A stretch of DNA of 64,000 nucleotides from Trichinella spiralis. Its lineage: Eukaryota. Below are positions 1 through 13,458 of the stretch, one piece after another. Location of the stretch: contig NW_003526944.1 of the NCBI RefSeq assembly GCF_000181795.1, positions 5,176,913-5,240,912 on the forward strand, written 5' to 3'. Positions within the stretch are counted from its first letter, which is position 1, and each line of letters opens with the position of its first letter. Under the pieces are notes generated by a model. It was not told where the DNA came from, did not search any database, and saw only the letters and a program-made list of their open reading frames with translations. Position numbers and translations under genes: made by a program.

Positions 1-189
1 GTTTTACACTTATTGATCTCAGTTCATCAAATAAATTACGTTTCAGCTAGCAATTAAATGAAATTTATGCATTAAATGCTTTTCCGTTTGTTAGAAAATA
101 TTCTGATGAATAGCTAAAGGCGATTGTAATACAATGGAAAAATCGACAAGTGATGAATTGTCCACAGCTGCAGTTGTCAGCTTAAACTA

Positions 190-1144
190 GGCATGGCAAC
201 TGCTAATTTGTTAGCATCGAATTACATTTTTGATTTCCGTCTGACTGTTCTATGAAAATCCAATACGACAAAGACTTTACGGACTAATAAGATAGCGAGG
301 TCAACGACCAATAATAAAATAGCGAGGACAACGACCAATAAGTGAAAAGTGGGACCGAATGGGAACAAAATTGAGCCCAAGTGGGACCAAACCCATCCCG
401 GCCATTTATGATGAAGAAGCTTTCGCCGCGTCCGCCCACCCATCCACATCTGGCCATTTTCCCCTTTTTAAACGGGTAAAGTCCACGATGTACAGCCACC
501 AGGCAAAGCGATACCCGAGACTGCCTAAGCATCGTCGGGACCTGCAAATCTGCTCCAGATCCTGATAGCAGAACAGGGTGTGATGGACACCCTGATTCAA
601 CAAGTGCTATCAGGAAACGCTACCGTTGGTGACTTAAGACCGTGGGTACCGTTTAACGATCGTGGGTAAACAAGGTTTATGCTGAAAAGCAACAACGGGT
701 TGCCCAATATACGAGTGAATACACCAACGGTAGTCGTACCCTGGAGCAGTTCCTAGAAGCATTAATGTACATAACGCCGGAGCCGATTTAATGCCGCTCT
801 CCAAGTGGTGGTTTGTATTTTATTTGTATTCTATTGTGTTGTGTTGTGTTGTGTTGTGTTGTGTTGTGTTGTGTGGTATTGTATTATATTTGTTTTTTAT
901 TTCATTGTATTATTTAGTTTTTTTCTTTTTCGTTGTTTCCATTTTGTTAATGCCGTTCACTGTTGTTTTTTATTGTTGTTGTTGGCTATTCTTTACTGTT
1001 GTTGTTGCTGCTGTTGGCTAGTGAAAAATAAAAATCACTATTTAACTTCTTTTTTGTATTGTTTTTTCTGAACTGTTGCTGTCCCATTTGGTATAACGTC
1101 ACTGTCTGTCATTATGGGCTACAATACACCATTTACAATACCAC
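190..1144 (+). mobile_element. Internally deleted DNA-transposon remnant, probably Mutator/MULE-like
   Basis: Two fused transposase-like fragments: IPAIYDEEA..FPLFKRVKSTMYSHQAKRYPRLP (~390-545) and, in other frames, LLQILIAEQGVMDTLIQQVLSG..VNKVYAEKQQRVAQYTSEYTNGSRTLEQFLEALMYITPEPI* (~550-791). No catalytic core lies between them. 27-bp tandem duplication at ~286-341. Boundaries approximate; superfamily from recall. Confidence 0.5.
834..873. repeat. (TTGTG)8 microsatellite
   Basis: Eight perfect units; source of the spurious CCVVL ORFs. Confidence 0.95.
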
Positions 1145-1728
1145 TGTTGAGAAATCTTTTCTCTATACCTACTCATCACTATCTAAAACTTCCCTTGGTA
1201 AAAAAGCACATTATTCCTGGTACGAAAACAACGGTTACGCAACGCCAGCTGCATCCTTTGTTTTTCTCAACGGTGAACAATGGAATCGCAATTAAGCGGT
1301 CAAAAGGTCAGCGTCATGCCATACAGCTGCCACAACTCCGGTGGTCAGCTGCTGAAAAGGCTTCAAATTAAAATGGAGTTGACAGCGCGGCTGTTCAGAC
1401 CAGGCGAAGACGCATAGTACAAATGATTGCGCGACCATCCCGGTTACTTAAAAGCTTTTCGGAGATTTAGGCCACCAGACGCGGAGTTAGGTCAAGAAAA
1501 ACGTATAAATAAGAGTGAGGAGGGAGGAGGGACACGCAAGCAAGAAAGTTAGCCTTGCAAACGTTTCATACCGCTATCCAGAATTGTATTATTCCCCGTT
1601 CTTGATTCAACTGATGGAAATTGAATTAAATTGAATAAAACAACATTCATTGTTTTGGATCGTTATAAATAGAAACACAGTCCACATACAAAAGAGATCT
1701 TCAAGTTTGAACAAAAGATTTCTTAACA
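1145..1728 (+). mobile_element. Solo LTR (584 bp), 5-bp TSD ACCAC
   Basis: Ends TGTTGAGAAATCTT / AAGATTTCTTAACA (13/14 inverted match, TG..CA). ACCAC at 1140-1144 and 1729-1733. TATAAAT ~1504, AATAAA ~1634. Homologous to 13885-14448. Confidence 0.9.
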
Positions 1729-2357
1729 ACCACCATTAATTTAAGCGCTTACATAACAAAATGATTACTTTTCAGATATAAATATAAAACCAGGTAAAAT
1801 GCGAAGCATTATACATTACATGCGCTTATAGAAAGCTAATCCAATTCCTTCTGCTACTGAAGAAAAATCCAACCATAAGTGACAAAAAAACCTAGTTAAC
1901 AAAATAACAGTTAACTGTTACAAAAAAGTTGTAATTAACAGCAACAATTATTTATTAACTGAAATGCGTAACTGATTAACACTGAATGCAAAGTTTCATC
2001 GTGCTGCGAAATCTAAATTTTATCGCTTTTCTATTATGCTCATACTATTCTTCTTATGTTTCCTATTCATCATTTTTAATTTACATTTAAATAATGGAAT
2101 TTTCAACAGTAAATCATCTCATTAAATCAAGACAGTAACAATTTTGTGTTATAAGAATCCATGTTATGAAATAGAACCTTTTCGATTACATATCATTACG
2201 TCCTGTTATGGTGATGAAATACTTTTGTAATAAAGTTGTACCTGAACATCTATAGTACGAAAATGAAAATCTTGTTTGTAGATTACGTGTTTCTCAAGTA
2301 ATATTGTAAAATAGCTTTTTATTCATTGCCTGTTTTTATCGTACTGAAAACTGAATC

Positions 2358-2906
2358 ATGCATAGCGTATTATCAAGATTAAATGCAGCTTTCGGTTTTA
2401 CAATCACAGCACTGAGCATTGTGACAGTTCTTTGCTATCTAACTGTCGCTTTTCGAGATTATAAAACATCTGTTGTTATATCAGCATCGGAGCCAATGCT
2501 AACATTTCTTCCAGGTTATACCTCAGGTTTAGAAGGGGATATGGATTTGGCATCTTTCAAATTAAATCTTGAAGCAGATTTTAGTTCAATGTTTGATTGG
2601 AATACCAAGCAGTTATTTCTTTATTTGGTCGCTGAATATGCAACTGAGAAAAATCCTGTTAATGAGGTTGTTATTTGGGATAAAATTTTGCAGCGTGGTG
2701 ATAATCCAGTTGTTAAGCTGAAAGACGCTCGTTTGAAATACTTTTTTGTCGATTATGGAAAAGGCTTGGCCGGAAATCAAAATGTATCTTTGTATTTGAA
2801 ATGGAACGTTTCACCAAACGCTGGTTTGATGCCTTTTTTTGTTGGAACAGGAATGTACAGCCTTCGATTGCCCACAAAGTATACTTCTAAAAAAGTTGAT
2901 TTCTAA
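2358..2906 (+). CDS. SPCS3: Signal peptidase complex subunit 3 (SPC22/23), single coding exon
   Basis: 182 aa; MHSVLSRLN start, N-terminal TM, FDWNTKQLFLYLVAEY, NEVVIWDKI, KYFFVDYGKGL, WNVSPNAG motifs. Confidence 0.95.
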   Translation: MHSVLSRLNAAFGFTITALSIVTVLCYLTVAFRDYKTSVVISASEPMLTFLPGYTSGLEGDMDLASFKLNLEADFSSMFDWNTKQLFLYLVAEYATEKNPVNEVVIWDKILQRGDNPVVKLKDARLKYFFVDYGKGLAGNQNVSLYLKWNVSPNAGLMPFFVGTGMYSLRLPTKYTSKKVDF

Positions 2907-4566
2907 GCTTGAATGTTTTTTATGGTAATTATAGATATATTGGTCTTTGATAAGCATATTATTTGAATTAAAGTTATTTTTGTTCTCGTATATTTGAATT
3001 TGTGTTATTTCCATGAAAAGCTGGTTAACTTTTTTGGATAGTTTTCACTGTTTCATTATATTTTCTTTTACTCTTGATTTTCTGATTGTGATGTGATGAA
3101 TATTTACATGGCATAATGTTCATTTCTTCATTAATTTCATAAAATATGTTCTTCTGATATGTTAGTATTTAATAAGCGAATTATATGCTCAACAACCTTT
3201 GACTGACTTGTTATGATCTAGTGAGAAAATTGTTTCTTACTGTGCATGTAAAAAAATGCATGTTATATTTGTTTCGTAAAACATTTTATGTCAAAGATAA
3301 GAAAGAATATATGTAATTTCAGGAGTATAAGGCGTCTATTTTTTCACTATAAGAGTTTCAGACTATAGCAATTCATAAAATACAAAAGCAAACCAGGAAC
3401 AATTACATCTGAAATAATCATAGGAAAATCATAGAAAGAAGGTATACGAATAAAGTTATTTAGCTACCAGATAGCTCTTGCAAAAATTTGTCCTCTCGTT
3501 TGTCTTTTTAACATCCTGTAAATAATGTACATTTTCGGTTATTTAAGTTATGCAATATCATATCCGTTAAAGTGTTCTACCTGGAAATCTTTTTATTTTC
3601 ACGCATAATTGACTTCTGTTAAATTTTAATTTTTAACTTGCATAATGAGAAAGCGTCAATATTGGTTGCTATAAGTTGCTTTATTGATCAAGAATTGATT
3701 TTTCTTTTATAATCTGCTATTTTGAATTTATCTCCTTGTGGATATGAATCGTATGTACCGATTGAAATGTTGTTGGCTAATTTTTGAATTTGAGTTTGAA
3801 GTGATTACTTTATTGAAAGTTAAAAGTAAAGCAGATATTTTAAATCACTCATCATTGAATGTTTTTCTTTTCAATGTTTTCGCCATCTAAATGATGACTG
3901 CCGTGCATTTAAAATTGTGACGAATCTTTTTTTTAAACTGAAAATTGAGTGTAGCTGTATTCTGATGTTTGGAAGTGGTTGTGGTTCGAATTACCATAAA
4001 ATTTATTTACAGCTTCATTTTTTGTGTTCTGGTAAAGTAGATTAACAGAGTATTTTCCAAGTCATGAACTTTTCAACATTTCTGTTATCACGATATATCC
4101 AGCAGTAAGTAGTTTGTATTTTTTTTTATAAATTGATTCAAAATTATTGCAAAGGATGTAAGTAAATTATTAATAAAGCGGTTCTCGTGTATTAGTTAAT
4201 CCAATTGTTGTATATTTTGTTTTTCAGAAGTATTCATTTTGTTACTTATTGTTTTTATTTTATAAATTTCTAATTGAAATTTGAAATGCTTTTTGAATGA
4301 TAAAAGCAGGAAAAGCGAAAACAAGAGAAAACGTTGTAAATAAGTTTACTAAATGAATGAATCGAAGAATTTCATAGCAGATGAATAATTGTTGAGCGTT
4401 GAGGGATCAAATAGGTTTGCGGTTCACTTCATTGTTGAGCAGAATAGCTGAGAAGACTGTAGAAATAGTGGAAAATGGATGACGCCAATGTGCAGATACC
4501 AGAAGATCATTTTTGGATATTCTTCTGCTGAATATGGAATGCTTGCTGCCAGTGGAATTTTTTGAT

Positions 4567-4674
4567 TCAATTCTGATCTGTTCTGCAGCATCTGTAATAA
4601 ATCAGGATAGCTAATATGAGCAGTATTCCAAACAAGGCCAACGTGTAAACTGCAATTTCGCCAGGCAAAAGCAT
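4567..4674 (-). CDS. Candidate 35-aa single-pass membrane microprotein
   Basis: MLLPGEIAVYTLALFGILLILAILIYYRCCRTDQN*. ~21-aa hydrophobic stretch followed by RCCR; context tttgaaATG; in-frame stop 39 nt upstream. Below the ORF-track size cutoff. Confidence 0.45.
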   Translation of the reverse strand: MLLPGEIAVYTLALFGILLILAILIYYRCCRTDQN

Positions 4675-4999
4675 TTCAAAAGCTTTTGACAGCTTTTGAC
4701 TGCGGAGCCAGCTTTAATTTGCTATTGAAATAGTCAGTAGTGGTAAAACAGCGAGGTGTGATTTGTATATATGCAAAGGTGCTTCAAAGAAATTTTTCCA
4801 AATTTCCGCCCACGGCTTGGTTGGGAGCAACAAGTTTAGTCGGGTGAGTTTTTCCACGAAACAGCGCTTTGGAATGTTGGCACTTGTTTCCGGGTGCACT
4901 TGATTTGGAACCTCCTGACGCGTTCTGTTCAAATTTAGCTGATGTATTTGCGGTTGTTTAGAATAATTTTAAAAATATGATCACAACTGGCTTTAGCTG

Positions 5000-5222
5000 G
5001 ACGACGCTTGCAAAGCAATAAATCAGACAAAGGCCTCTGTCGATGAGACTGTTGACGCGGGCAGCTGCGCCAAGGCGCCGCTTTTCGTTCCCCTTGTTTA
5101 AGCTCGGTTAGAGATGGAGAGCCGTTTTAAAATTAGCCCCTATCAAAAGCGAAAACAAGCACCCGAGCGCGTGACAAGCAATCAATAAATTTATTCCAAA
5201 CCGCCACCCACCGCACCATTGG
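5000..5222. promoter_or_regulatory. GC/CpG-enriched island between the smORF and TM9SF2; possible promoter
   Basis: Local GC and CpG enrichment, CAGCTG E-box, ATTGG ~5218; lies between divergently oriented ORFs. Confidence 0.3.
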
Positions 5223-6182
5223 TTTTTTCAATATTCTTGCTAATTTTACTCTGTCAAAAGCTTATGCCATCTTTTAGTAGGCTGGTTAATGCTGGAGAAT
5301 GATCAACTCAAGTTGATATAAAAGTAGAATAAAAACATAACTTTGAATTTTATAGTGTTATTATAATGCTATATTATTACTTTATGTTTAAAATGTGTAT
5401 TCAACATTCAAAATCAAAAATTTCGTCAGTCAAATTCATTATTGGGAACCTTTTTTTAACGGCAAGCGTACAATAATACATGCTTATTTTTCCAACTGTA
5501 GTTGCCGCTGAAATTGTATGCTCAATTTTTAAAAAATACTGAAATTTCTAAAACGTTGGATATTAATATTTGAATGTTATATAAATATAGATATAATTAA
5601 TTATGTATATTTAATTTCTTTTTAATGTAGGTAGCGATTATTTTAATTTTCTAAATAATCGTGAAATCTTTAGTTTACTTAAATTTTTTTCCGAATGAGT
5701 AGTTTTTTTATGCTATAGTGATGTCTATAAAATAAATTTCAAATAAATGTATTATGATTGAATGTGCCTTTCAAATGCTACCGTTTATAGTACTGAAACT
5801 TGAATTTGTTTACAGTAGTCTTCCTTATCAGTGTTTTGCATTTTGCAAAGTTTGCTGTCTTGTTTCTATTATTGTAAGTGCGGCTTTTGAATGTTGTCGC
5901 AGGTGCATTTTCCCATGTTTTTGAATTTTTTTCAGATGAATGTATTCATTTTTTGAAGCGCATTGTTTTGTAAATTTGTTAAATTTTTCCTCTTTGTACC
6001 AAGATGTAATATGTGAATATGGCGTCATTAATGAATTCATTATTTGTAAATTTTAGAAGCTTTTATTTTTGAAAAATTTTTCATTTGAAAAACATATATT
6101 TTTCATGCATTAAAATTTATCAGTAACAAACATTTCAATGGGTCGCTGAGCTCATTCTCATTTTGCAGTTTAAGTTTTTTAG

Positions 6183-9100
6183 ATGCGTAATTATACTTTT
6201 ATTATATTGCTGCTTTTGAAAGCAGCGTTTGTAAATCCGTTTTACTTGCCCGGTTTGACACCTGTAAACTTTTGTCCCAAAGAGATGGAGAAACCGAATT
6301 GCAAGGTTTGAATGAAATTTTAAATTATTTCGGGAGAACATTTTTTTAATAAACAATTTTTAGTCGGATATAAAAGTTTATGTTAATAGACTGAATTCAA
6401 AGAACACTATTCTGGATTATGAATATCACGAGTAAATGCTTTGAAAATTTTCATTTGATTGTTGTTTTATAAATTGTTTTTTGTTTTTATCGTTAGCTTT
6501 GATTTTTGTTTGGGGAACGAAGATGATGATACGCCCGTGGAAAATCTTGGGCAAGTTTTGTTTGGTGAACGCATTCGTCCTTCACCGTATAAAGTAATAT
6601 ATGTTGATGTTTATGTTAATAATATTTGAACACTGAAAATTAAATAGAATTGTGATATGATTAACGTTGAAATAATTAATTAATTATTAATAAAATTGAA
6701 ATTTTTGAGCTTTTTGAATTACCGTATTTTGTACAGAATGTTTAGTTTTTTGTAAATTCTTGCATATGTTTTACAAAATTGCGAAAACATCATTTTAAAA
6801 GTAAATTCGTTAAATTTATGACTTAAAAGATTATTATATATTTTGAGGAGTGGCATAGATCAGTTGAGAATCTTTGGTATTATCACCAAATAAAATTATA
6901 TTTTACTAATTTTTAACTTGTTTTTAGATAAATTTTTTGAAAAATGAGACATGCCGTTTACTGTGCAGCAAATTTTACGATCGCAAAGTTGTGACTGATG
7001 TTAGAAAACTGCGTCGGCTTAAACATGGAATAACGAAGGGATATTATCATCATTGGTATATATTTATTATATAATTTAAATTAGCAATTTACTGTTTTGG
7101 TGACCTTTGATGAAGAAATTTAATGCAAAAAGTTGAGCATTAATTAAAAATACATAAAGGGTGCATGTGATGTATAAGTCAATAAAGTATTCTTCTGTTT
7201 TTTTAATTGCACATAAATAACGGTAATTCAAAAATATATTTATCCTGATGTGGTGTAGTATATTGAATAATATTATTATCAAATAATTTTAATTTATATG
7301 ATTAATTTTAGGATTGTTGACAATTTGCCTGTTACATTTTGCGTTTCGCATGGCGTCTGCTTTAACGGGTTCCCAATGGGTACAACTGCATTGGACATTA
7401 TTGGTGTAAGTTATTATTAATATGCTATAATAATAACAATATTATTATTTGTCCGAAACATTAGGGATCGTCTGGGAAAAATGGCTACGGTGAAGTTTAT
7501 TTGTTCAATCATGTTGATTTTATTATTGAATATCGTGATTTGTCTCACGATCCTAATTATTTTGATGATCCAGTTGGTGGTCGAATTATTTCTGTTAAAG
7601 TAGTTCCTTCAAGGTATACTTTTATGTGTGAACTTCATTGTTTAGCATTTGTTATTTTAGTCTAAATCATATAAAGGAAGACAGTCTTGACTGTGATAAT
7701 TCAGAAATGTTGAATCTTAACGACGATTTCCATGATATGAAGATTATATATACTTATTCTGTGAAGTTTATTGTAAGTAATCGGATAATCAAAACTTTAA
7801 AGAACAGTGAAGCACTAGCAAACAGAATTTGTTTAAATTGATTTATCTTTTACTGCAGCAAGCACAATTTAATTCAAAAAATTTTTGAATTTGATTTTTT
7901 TTAGAAAACCGATATAAAGTGGGCTTCTAGATGGGATTACATATTGAATTCGAAGTCAACAACTAGCATACAGTGGTTCGGGTACAGTGTCAAAAAGCAA
8001 TATTAAATTATAATGTCATATTGCTGTTTGCAGAAATGTTTTTTTTGATTTAATAATTATGTTTAGTAGTTTATATTTTAGAGTTATTTAAGCAGATAAT
8101 TGTTTATTTTTCAGAATTACGAATTCAATTTTAATTGTTTTGTTTTTGACTGGTATGATTGGCGTAATTTTCTTGCGGACATTGCGGCGTGACATTTCTC
8201 GATATAATCAGTTTGATTCATCCGTAAATATTAAAAATTTAAAATTATGTTTTTTAATTAAAAAAGTTTTTTAGGATGATGTTCAAGAAGAATTCGGTTG
8301 GAAGTTGGTGCATGGCGATGTGTTTCGTCCCCCTGCTTGTCGATTATTACTTTCTGTATTTTTGGGAAGCGGTGCTCAAATATTGTGCATGGTTTTTGTA
8401 ACTTTAGGTAATAGATGTTTTTGTAATTTTTGTTGTTGTTATGAAAATTTATTCAATTGCGTTTTATTTAGTGTTGGCTTGTTTGGGATTTTTATCTCCT
8501 GCTAGAAGAGGTGCGCTGATGACCTGCGGGGTGGCGCTTTATGTATGCTTTGGTTTTGTGAACGGATATGTGTCAGCTACTTTTTATAAAGGTTTTTTAT
8601 AAAAATTATTTTCATATTTGAAATGTTATTTCATTATATTATATTCAGCTTTTGGTGGCACATTATGGAAGAAAAATATTTTTTTGTCGGCTGTGCTTTG
8701 TCCCGGGTAATTGTTTTCATTACGGTACAATTTAGCTTAATTAACTGTTTATTCTTCTTTAGCATAATCTTTGCTGGGTTCTTTTTATGCAATATAATTT
8801 TGTGGTCGCAAAGTTCCAGCGCAGCAATACCATTCTCAACGTTGTTGTTGCTGCTTTTTTTATGGTTTGGTGTATCCACCCCGCTTACTTATCTTGGAGC
8901 TTTTCTTGCATTTCAAAGAAGCGTAAATAAATAATATATAAATTAAAAAAAATTATCTTTTCTTTGTTTTTAATTTATAGCGTTGGTCTTATCCAGTGCG
9001 AACGAATCAAATTCCTCGTCAAATACCACCTCAACCATTTTTTTCAAAACCATTGCCTGCAACAGTCATGGCTGGCATATTGCCTTTTGGATCAATTTAC

Positions 9101-9686
9101 GTGCAGATGTTTTTCATGTTCAACAGCCTTTGGTAGGATAGTTGAAATGAATTATTTAAATTTAAATAATTTTCTTCCAGGGCACATTTGACTTATTATA
9201 TGTTTGGATTTTTGTTTGTTGTCTACTTGATTTTGTTGGTAACAGTTTCTGAAACTTCGATTATCCTTTGCTACTTTCAGTTATGTGGTGAAGTAAGTGT
9301 AAAATTTAGGATTTTTATTCAATTTTTTTCTCATTGTTTGTGCTGAAAAATTTAATAGGACTATCGTTGGTGGTGGCGAGCATTTTTCAGCAGCGCTTTT
9401 ACTGCTTTCTATTTGCTAGCTTACAGCGTCTACTTTTATCTGTACAAATTGACCATTGTTGGCGTGGTGTCGACCGTATTGTACTTTTCTTATTGTTTGA
9501 TATTTGTATTCATCTTTTTCATTATGTGCGGTAAGTATTGTTGTTGTTGACTGATTTAAAAAAAACAAACAAACAAACAAACAAAATACCTAATGATAGA
9601 TTTATTTATTTTCAACAGGCACAGTAGGTTTTGTTTCATGCTTTTGGTTCGTGCGTCAAATCTATTCGGTCGTTAAAGTCGATTGA
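6183..9686 (+). CDS. TM9SF2: Transmembrane 9 superfamily member 2 (nonaspanin), ~17 exons
   Basis: Manual splicing with GT-AG introns: signal peptide then FYLPGLTPVNFC, ENLGQVLFGERIRPSPYK, WIVDNLP, KWASRWDYIL, EEFGWKLVHGDVFRPP, PVRTNQIPRQIP, EDYRWWW, and C-terminus IYSVVKVD*. Confidence 0.92.
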
Positions 9687-11249
9687 GGAGTCAATTATGG
9701 AAAAATTGTTAAAACTATTGTTATTCATATTCTTGTGAGAAGAATTAAGCGAACGACGCGAGTAAATTGATTTGATGGATGAATGAATGAATGAATGAAT
9801 GAATATTCCCCCCCCCCCACCCACCCCCGAATGACTCGTTTTGTTATTGGTTATGTCGATAGTGATAATAGGATATTTATTATTACAATGTGTTCGTAAT
9901 TAATCTTTTGAAAAGAAAATGTTTAAAACGAAAATATTGCAAAGTGAAGAAAAGAAAACATGACAAAAGAACAAATTATTACATTTGCTTTGCTCTTTGG
10001 AGTTCGAAGCGTAAATATACAACATATTAACGAAAAACGGTCGTATTTATTTGATTTTAAGAATTATTGAATATGCTCATCGAACTGAAATTCGACTTTA
10101 TTAAAAAAATTAAAAGTGTATGCTATTTATATAGTAAATTCTAATGAAATAAATATTTTTCTTTAAATTGGATTTTTTGAAGAATAAGATAAAAGTATTA
10201 AGTAATTGTATGTAACTTGTCAATTACTGTAATTTACAAAGTTGTCTGTCGTCGTTGGTATGTTTGATTTTTTAATTTAAGAATTTTATATCATTAGGTA
10301 GTTTCTTTATTTTCTACTATTGAATTTAAGAACCAATAACCATTAACCCTAACTTGTTGTTAAGTCCTTTTTTGATGTACAAGTAAAAAGTATATCACAC
10401 AATGCTTAACACCTAGAAATGTTGATTTGTCTGCAAATAAAAACTAACTTTAATAAAAGTTTGTAAGAAAGTTTCAATTTAAAAATTTGAAACTGCTATG
10501 TTTATTTTCCAGCATTTATTCTACCGTAATGTTGCACAGTTGTGGAAAATTATAATAATGAAAAGTGCAAAACATTTTTTCATTATTTCAAATTATGTTT
10601 ATAAATATTTTATTTTAAATAAAAAATACAGTTACTTTGATTAAATAAGGTTTGGATTAAAAGTGACATAATTTTAGAAGTATGTACTTGAAATTTTTTT
10701 TGCTTACTGTTAAATGCTTTTCTTTGAAAAAAGTGGATTGTTTGTTTTCATCACTCCTTAATTTACGGTCTTCAGTATTAGTAGTGCGACTGCATTTTAA
10801 AATCATTTGATCTCATTCTACTCCTTTCATCATATACAATAATTACTTTCAATTTATTCATTTATAATCAAGTTTTAATGCTATATATATGTATAATTTT
10901 TTTAGTATTTCTGTGATGCAGTTTGTTGCAAATAATGGTTATTATTTTATTGATAATTTCTTCCCATTTGCATTTTTGATAATAAGTGACATAAACTTAC
11001 GCTAATAATTTTTTCATCATAAAATGTATGTGACTCATCAATTCATCACTTTACACGTGCGTATGACAGTTCTTTGATAATAAATTTTCTAATCCGAGTA
11101 ATGTTTTATTTCATCGTTTTTATTTTAGTAGTGCTAGAGGATTTATATAAATATTTACTTGTAAATGTTCTAGCGTTTAAAACGTGTAACTGCAAATTTG
11201 TCCTTTTATTTATTTTTCAGTCATTTCACTGAAGTAATCTCCACTCGCT

Positions 11250-13458
11250 ATGACAGAATTTAAGAATGAAGACCCTATGGACTTTGTGGTAGTGTGAAAT
11301 TTATCTTAATTTTAAATTTATTAATTGAAATGAATTTCCTGAAAATTATAAACGGACTGTTATGTTAATTTAAATTCATTTACTATTTAGGGATCCAAAC
11401 TTGTGATCCCTGTTATGCTGCCTTGTACAACAGAATCGCAACTCACTGATTTGTGCAAACCTTATGGCACTATTTGTCATCAAATGTTGGTACCAAGTGC
11501 TGATCAAAAATCATCTTTGGGTTTGATATAAAAACTGAATGCATTTTTATTATTATAAAATTAATATTATATTATAGGAATAGTGGGATTTTGTGAGTTT
11601 AATGCTGCGGATATTGCTGTAACTGCGCTTGCATCTGTTGGAACAGTTGCATTTTCAGTTTATTTCGTAATATGTTGAAGTTTTTTGCATTTCGTAGTAA
11701 TTTTTTGACTGTTTTTTTGGTACAGAGAAAAGGCGTTCCGCAGCGATGTTCAGCATTTTCAAAGGCGAGCATTATTTATTATATAATGATTTCACATTTA
11801 AAATTAATTTAATGTTGTTAAAATTTAATACATCGAAGAACAATAGAACCGCGCAAGGCAGTTTTTGTTATTGAAATTAATGAATTCAATCTAATTTCAA
11901 GTTGTATTAATATTATTGTAGAAGGAAATTCTTAAATGAATCTATTTATTAGAAGAACTTAATATTAGAATAAATTAACTATTAATTAATTTCAAACTAC
12001 TTTTTTATATTATTTTTTCTTTGAGCAGTTTTTGGTTTTATTGCATAGCAATATAACAGAATGGTGTTTTAAATCAATTTTAGTTATTTTTGTGTTGTTC
12101 TATAAATTTCAGTTATTGTGAAATTGTTTTTTACAGAGAGAAGCAACGAGCGCGATTGTGGTGAAGGATCAGGTCGAAGAAACGAATGTAGAATCATGTC
12201 ATAAGCGTTTGAATAAATTGAGAGTATGTTTTTGCTGCAATTTTAGCAGTTTATTTTTTAATGAAAATATTTTGGTAAAGCAACCGAAAACAAGCAAAGT
12301 TTGATTACGTTTCTTAAACTTTGTTGGCTGCATTATTTATTACCTTATTAGTAATAATAATATAATATTATAACGTTTGTTATTTAAAAGATTTTTTTAC
12401 AATTCAATGTAGTAGCGTTGATATTATAGGGGAGGAGGGCGACTTAGTCAAATTTTTGTTTTCACTAAATAACTTATGTTCATTGGTTTCAGCAAGATTT
12501 TGTTTGCATTCAGTTAAACGATTGCTGAGTGATAAATGAGATTATGATAATTTCCAAAGACAATTTTATCGACAAATTTTTTTCTGAAAAACGACATGTT
12601 GTGAAAAATAATGTTTATATTGATCTTATAACTTTAAAGTTTCATCACAAACGCACTATGTTTGTGTATTCTCCCTCCCCTGTATGTTTCCTGCATCAAC
12701 GCCATTGATTCAATGCACGTGTGTTGAACTGGAAAACTGTATAATATTGTAATTGCAATTGTTCTTTTAATCATGAGCCTTGTTGTTAGATATGAATGAA
12801 TATTCTATTTATAACGTAAGTGGTGGTATTGATGCTGTTGATATTTGATGAACTTCATATGATAATTTGAATAAGCATTAAAAATTTTTAACATAAACAG
12901 ATGACACGTGTATTAACCAATGCAACTTAGTTTGAATAATTGTAATGATATTTTAGAGACGGTGCGCAGTATTTGAATATATGGTTGACATGGTGAGTGT
13001 GATCTTTTGTTGAACAGCATTAATTTTATTTATTAATTTCAGCTGGACAAAATGTCTAGAACTATTCTTTATGAAACGACTTCAAAGATGAATGATTTTG
13101 ATATCGGTGAGTAATAACAATTGTACTGTACTAGTCATGAAGGCTGATTTTGTATCTGAAGGATCTTTTAAACTAATCTTCAAATAATTGAAATATTATT
13201 TATAATAATAATAATAGTAATGTTATTTATTATTTAGCTGTCCAGAATAGACATTTTGTTCAGAACAATATGAGTTATTTGTTTATAGATTACCGCCGCT
13301 TCAAAAGTAATGAAGTACTGGTACCGAATCGGGGTTCCACATATGCAGTAAACGTAGCGAATGAAATGGAAGATTCTTCTGAAAACATTTCTGCCAAATT
13401 TCCGTACATGTATGATTTACTGGGACTTAAATTTCCATTAGATTCCGCTGAAAAGTAA
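11250..13458 (+). CDS. Orphan 8-exon gene (~220-235 aa) with a degenerate N-terminal RRM
   Basis: Phase-consistent exons: 11250-11288, 11391-11520, 11578-11666, 11726-11764, 12137-12223, 12957-12992, 13043-13106, 13289 (or 13238)-13458. TTESQLTDLCKPYGTI..SLGIVGFCEF resembles RRM helix 1 and RNP1. Needs one GC donor. Confidence 0.65.

Noticed and set aside
791..1071. Cys/Val-rich hydrophobic ORFs
   Set aside because: Translation of (TTGTG)n and TG-rich low-complexity sequence.
3094..3157. C/D-box snoRNA (GTGATGA..CTGA)
   Set aside because: No terminal stem or recognisable guide; such boxes are common by chance in AT-rich DNA.
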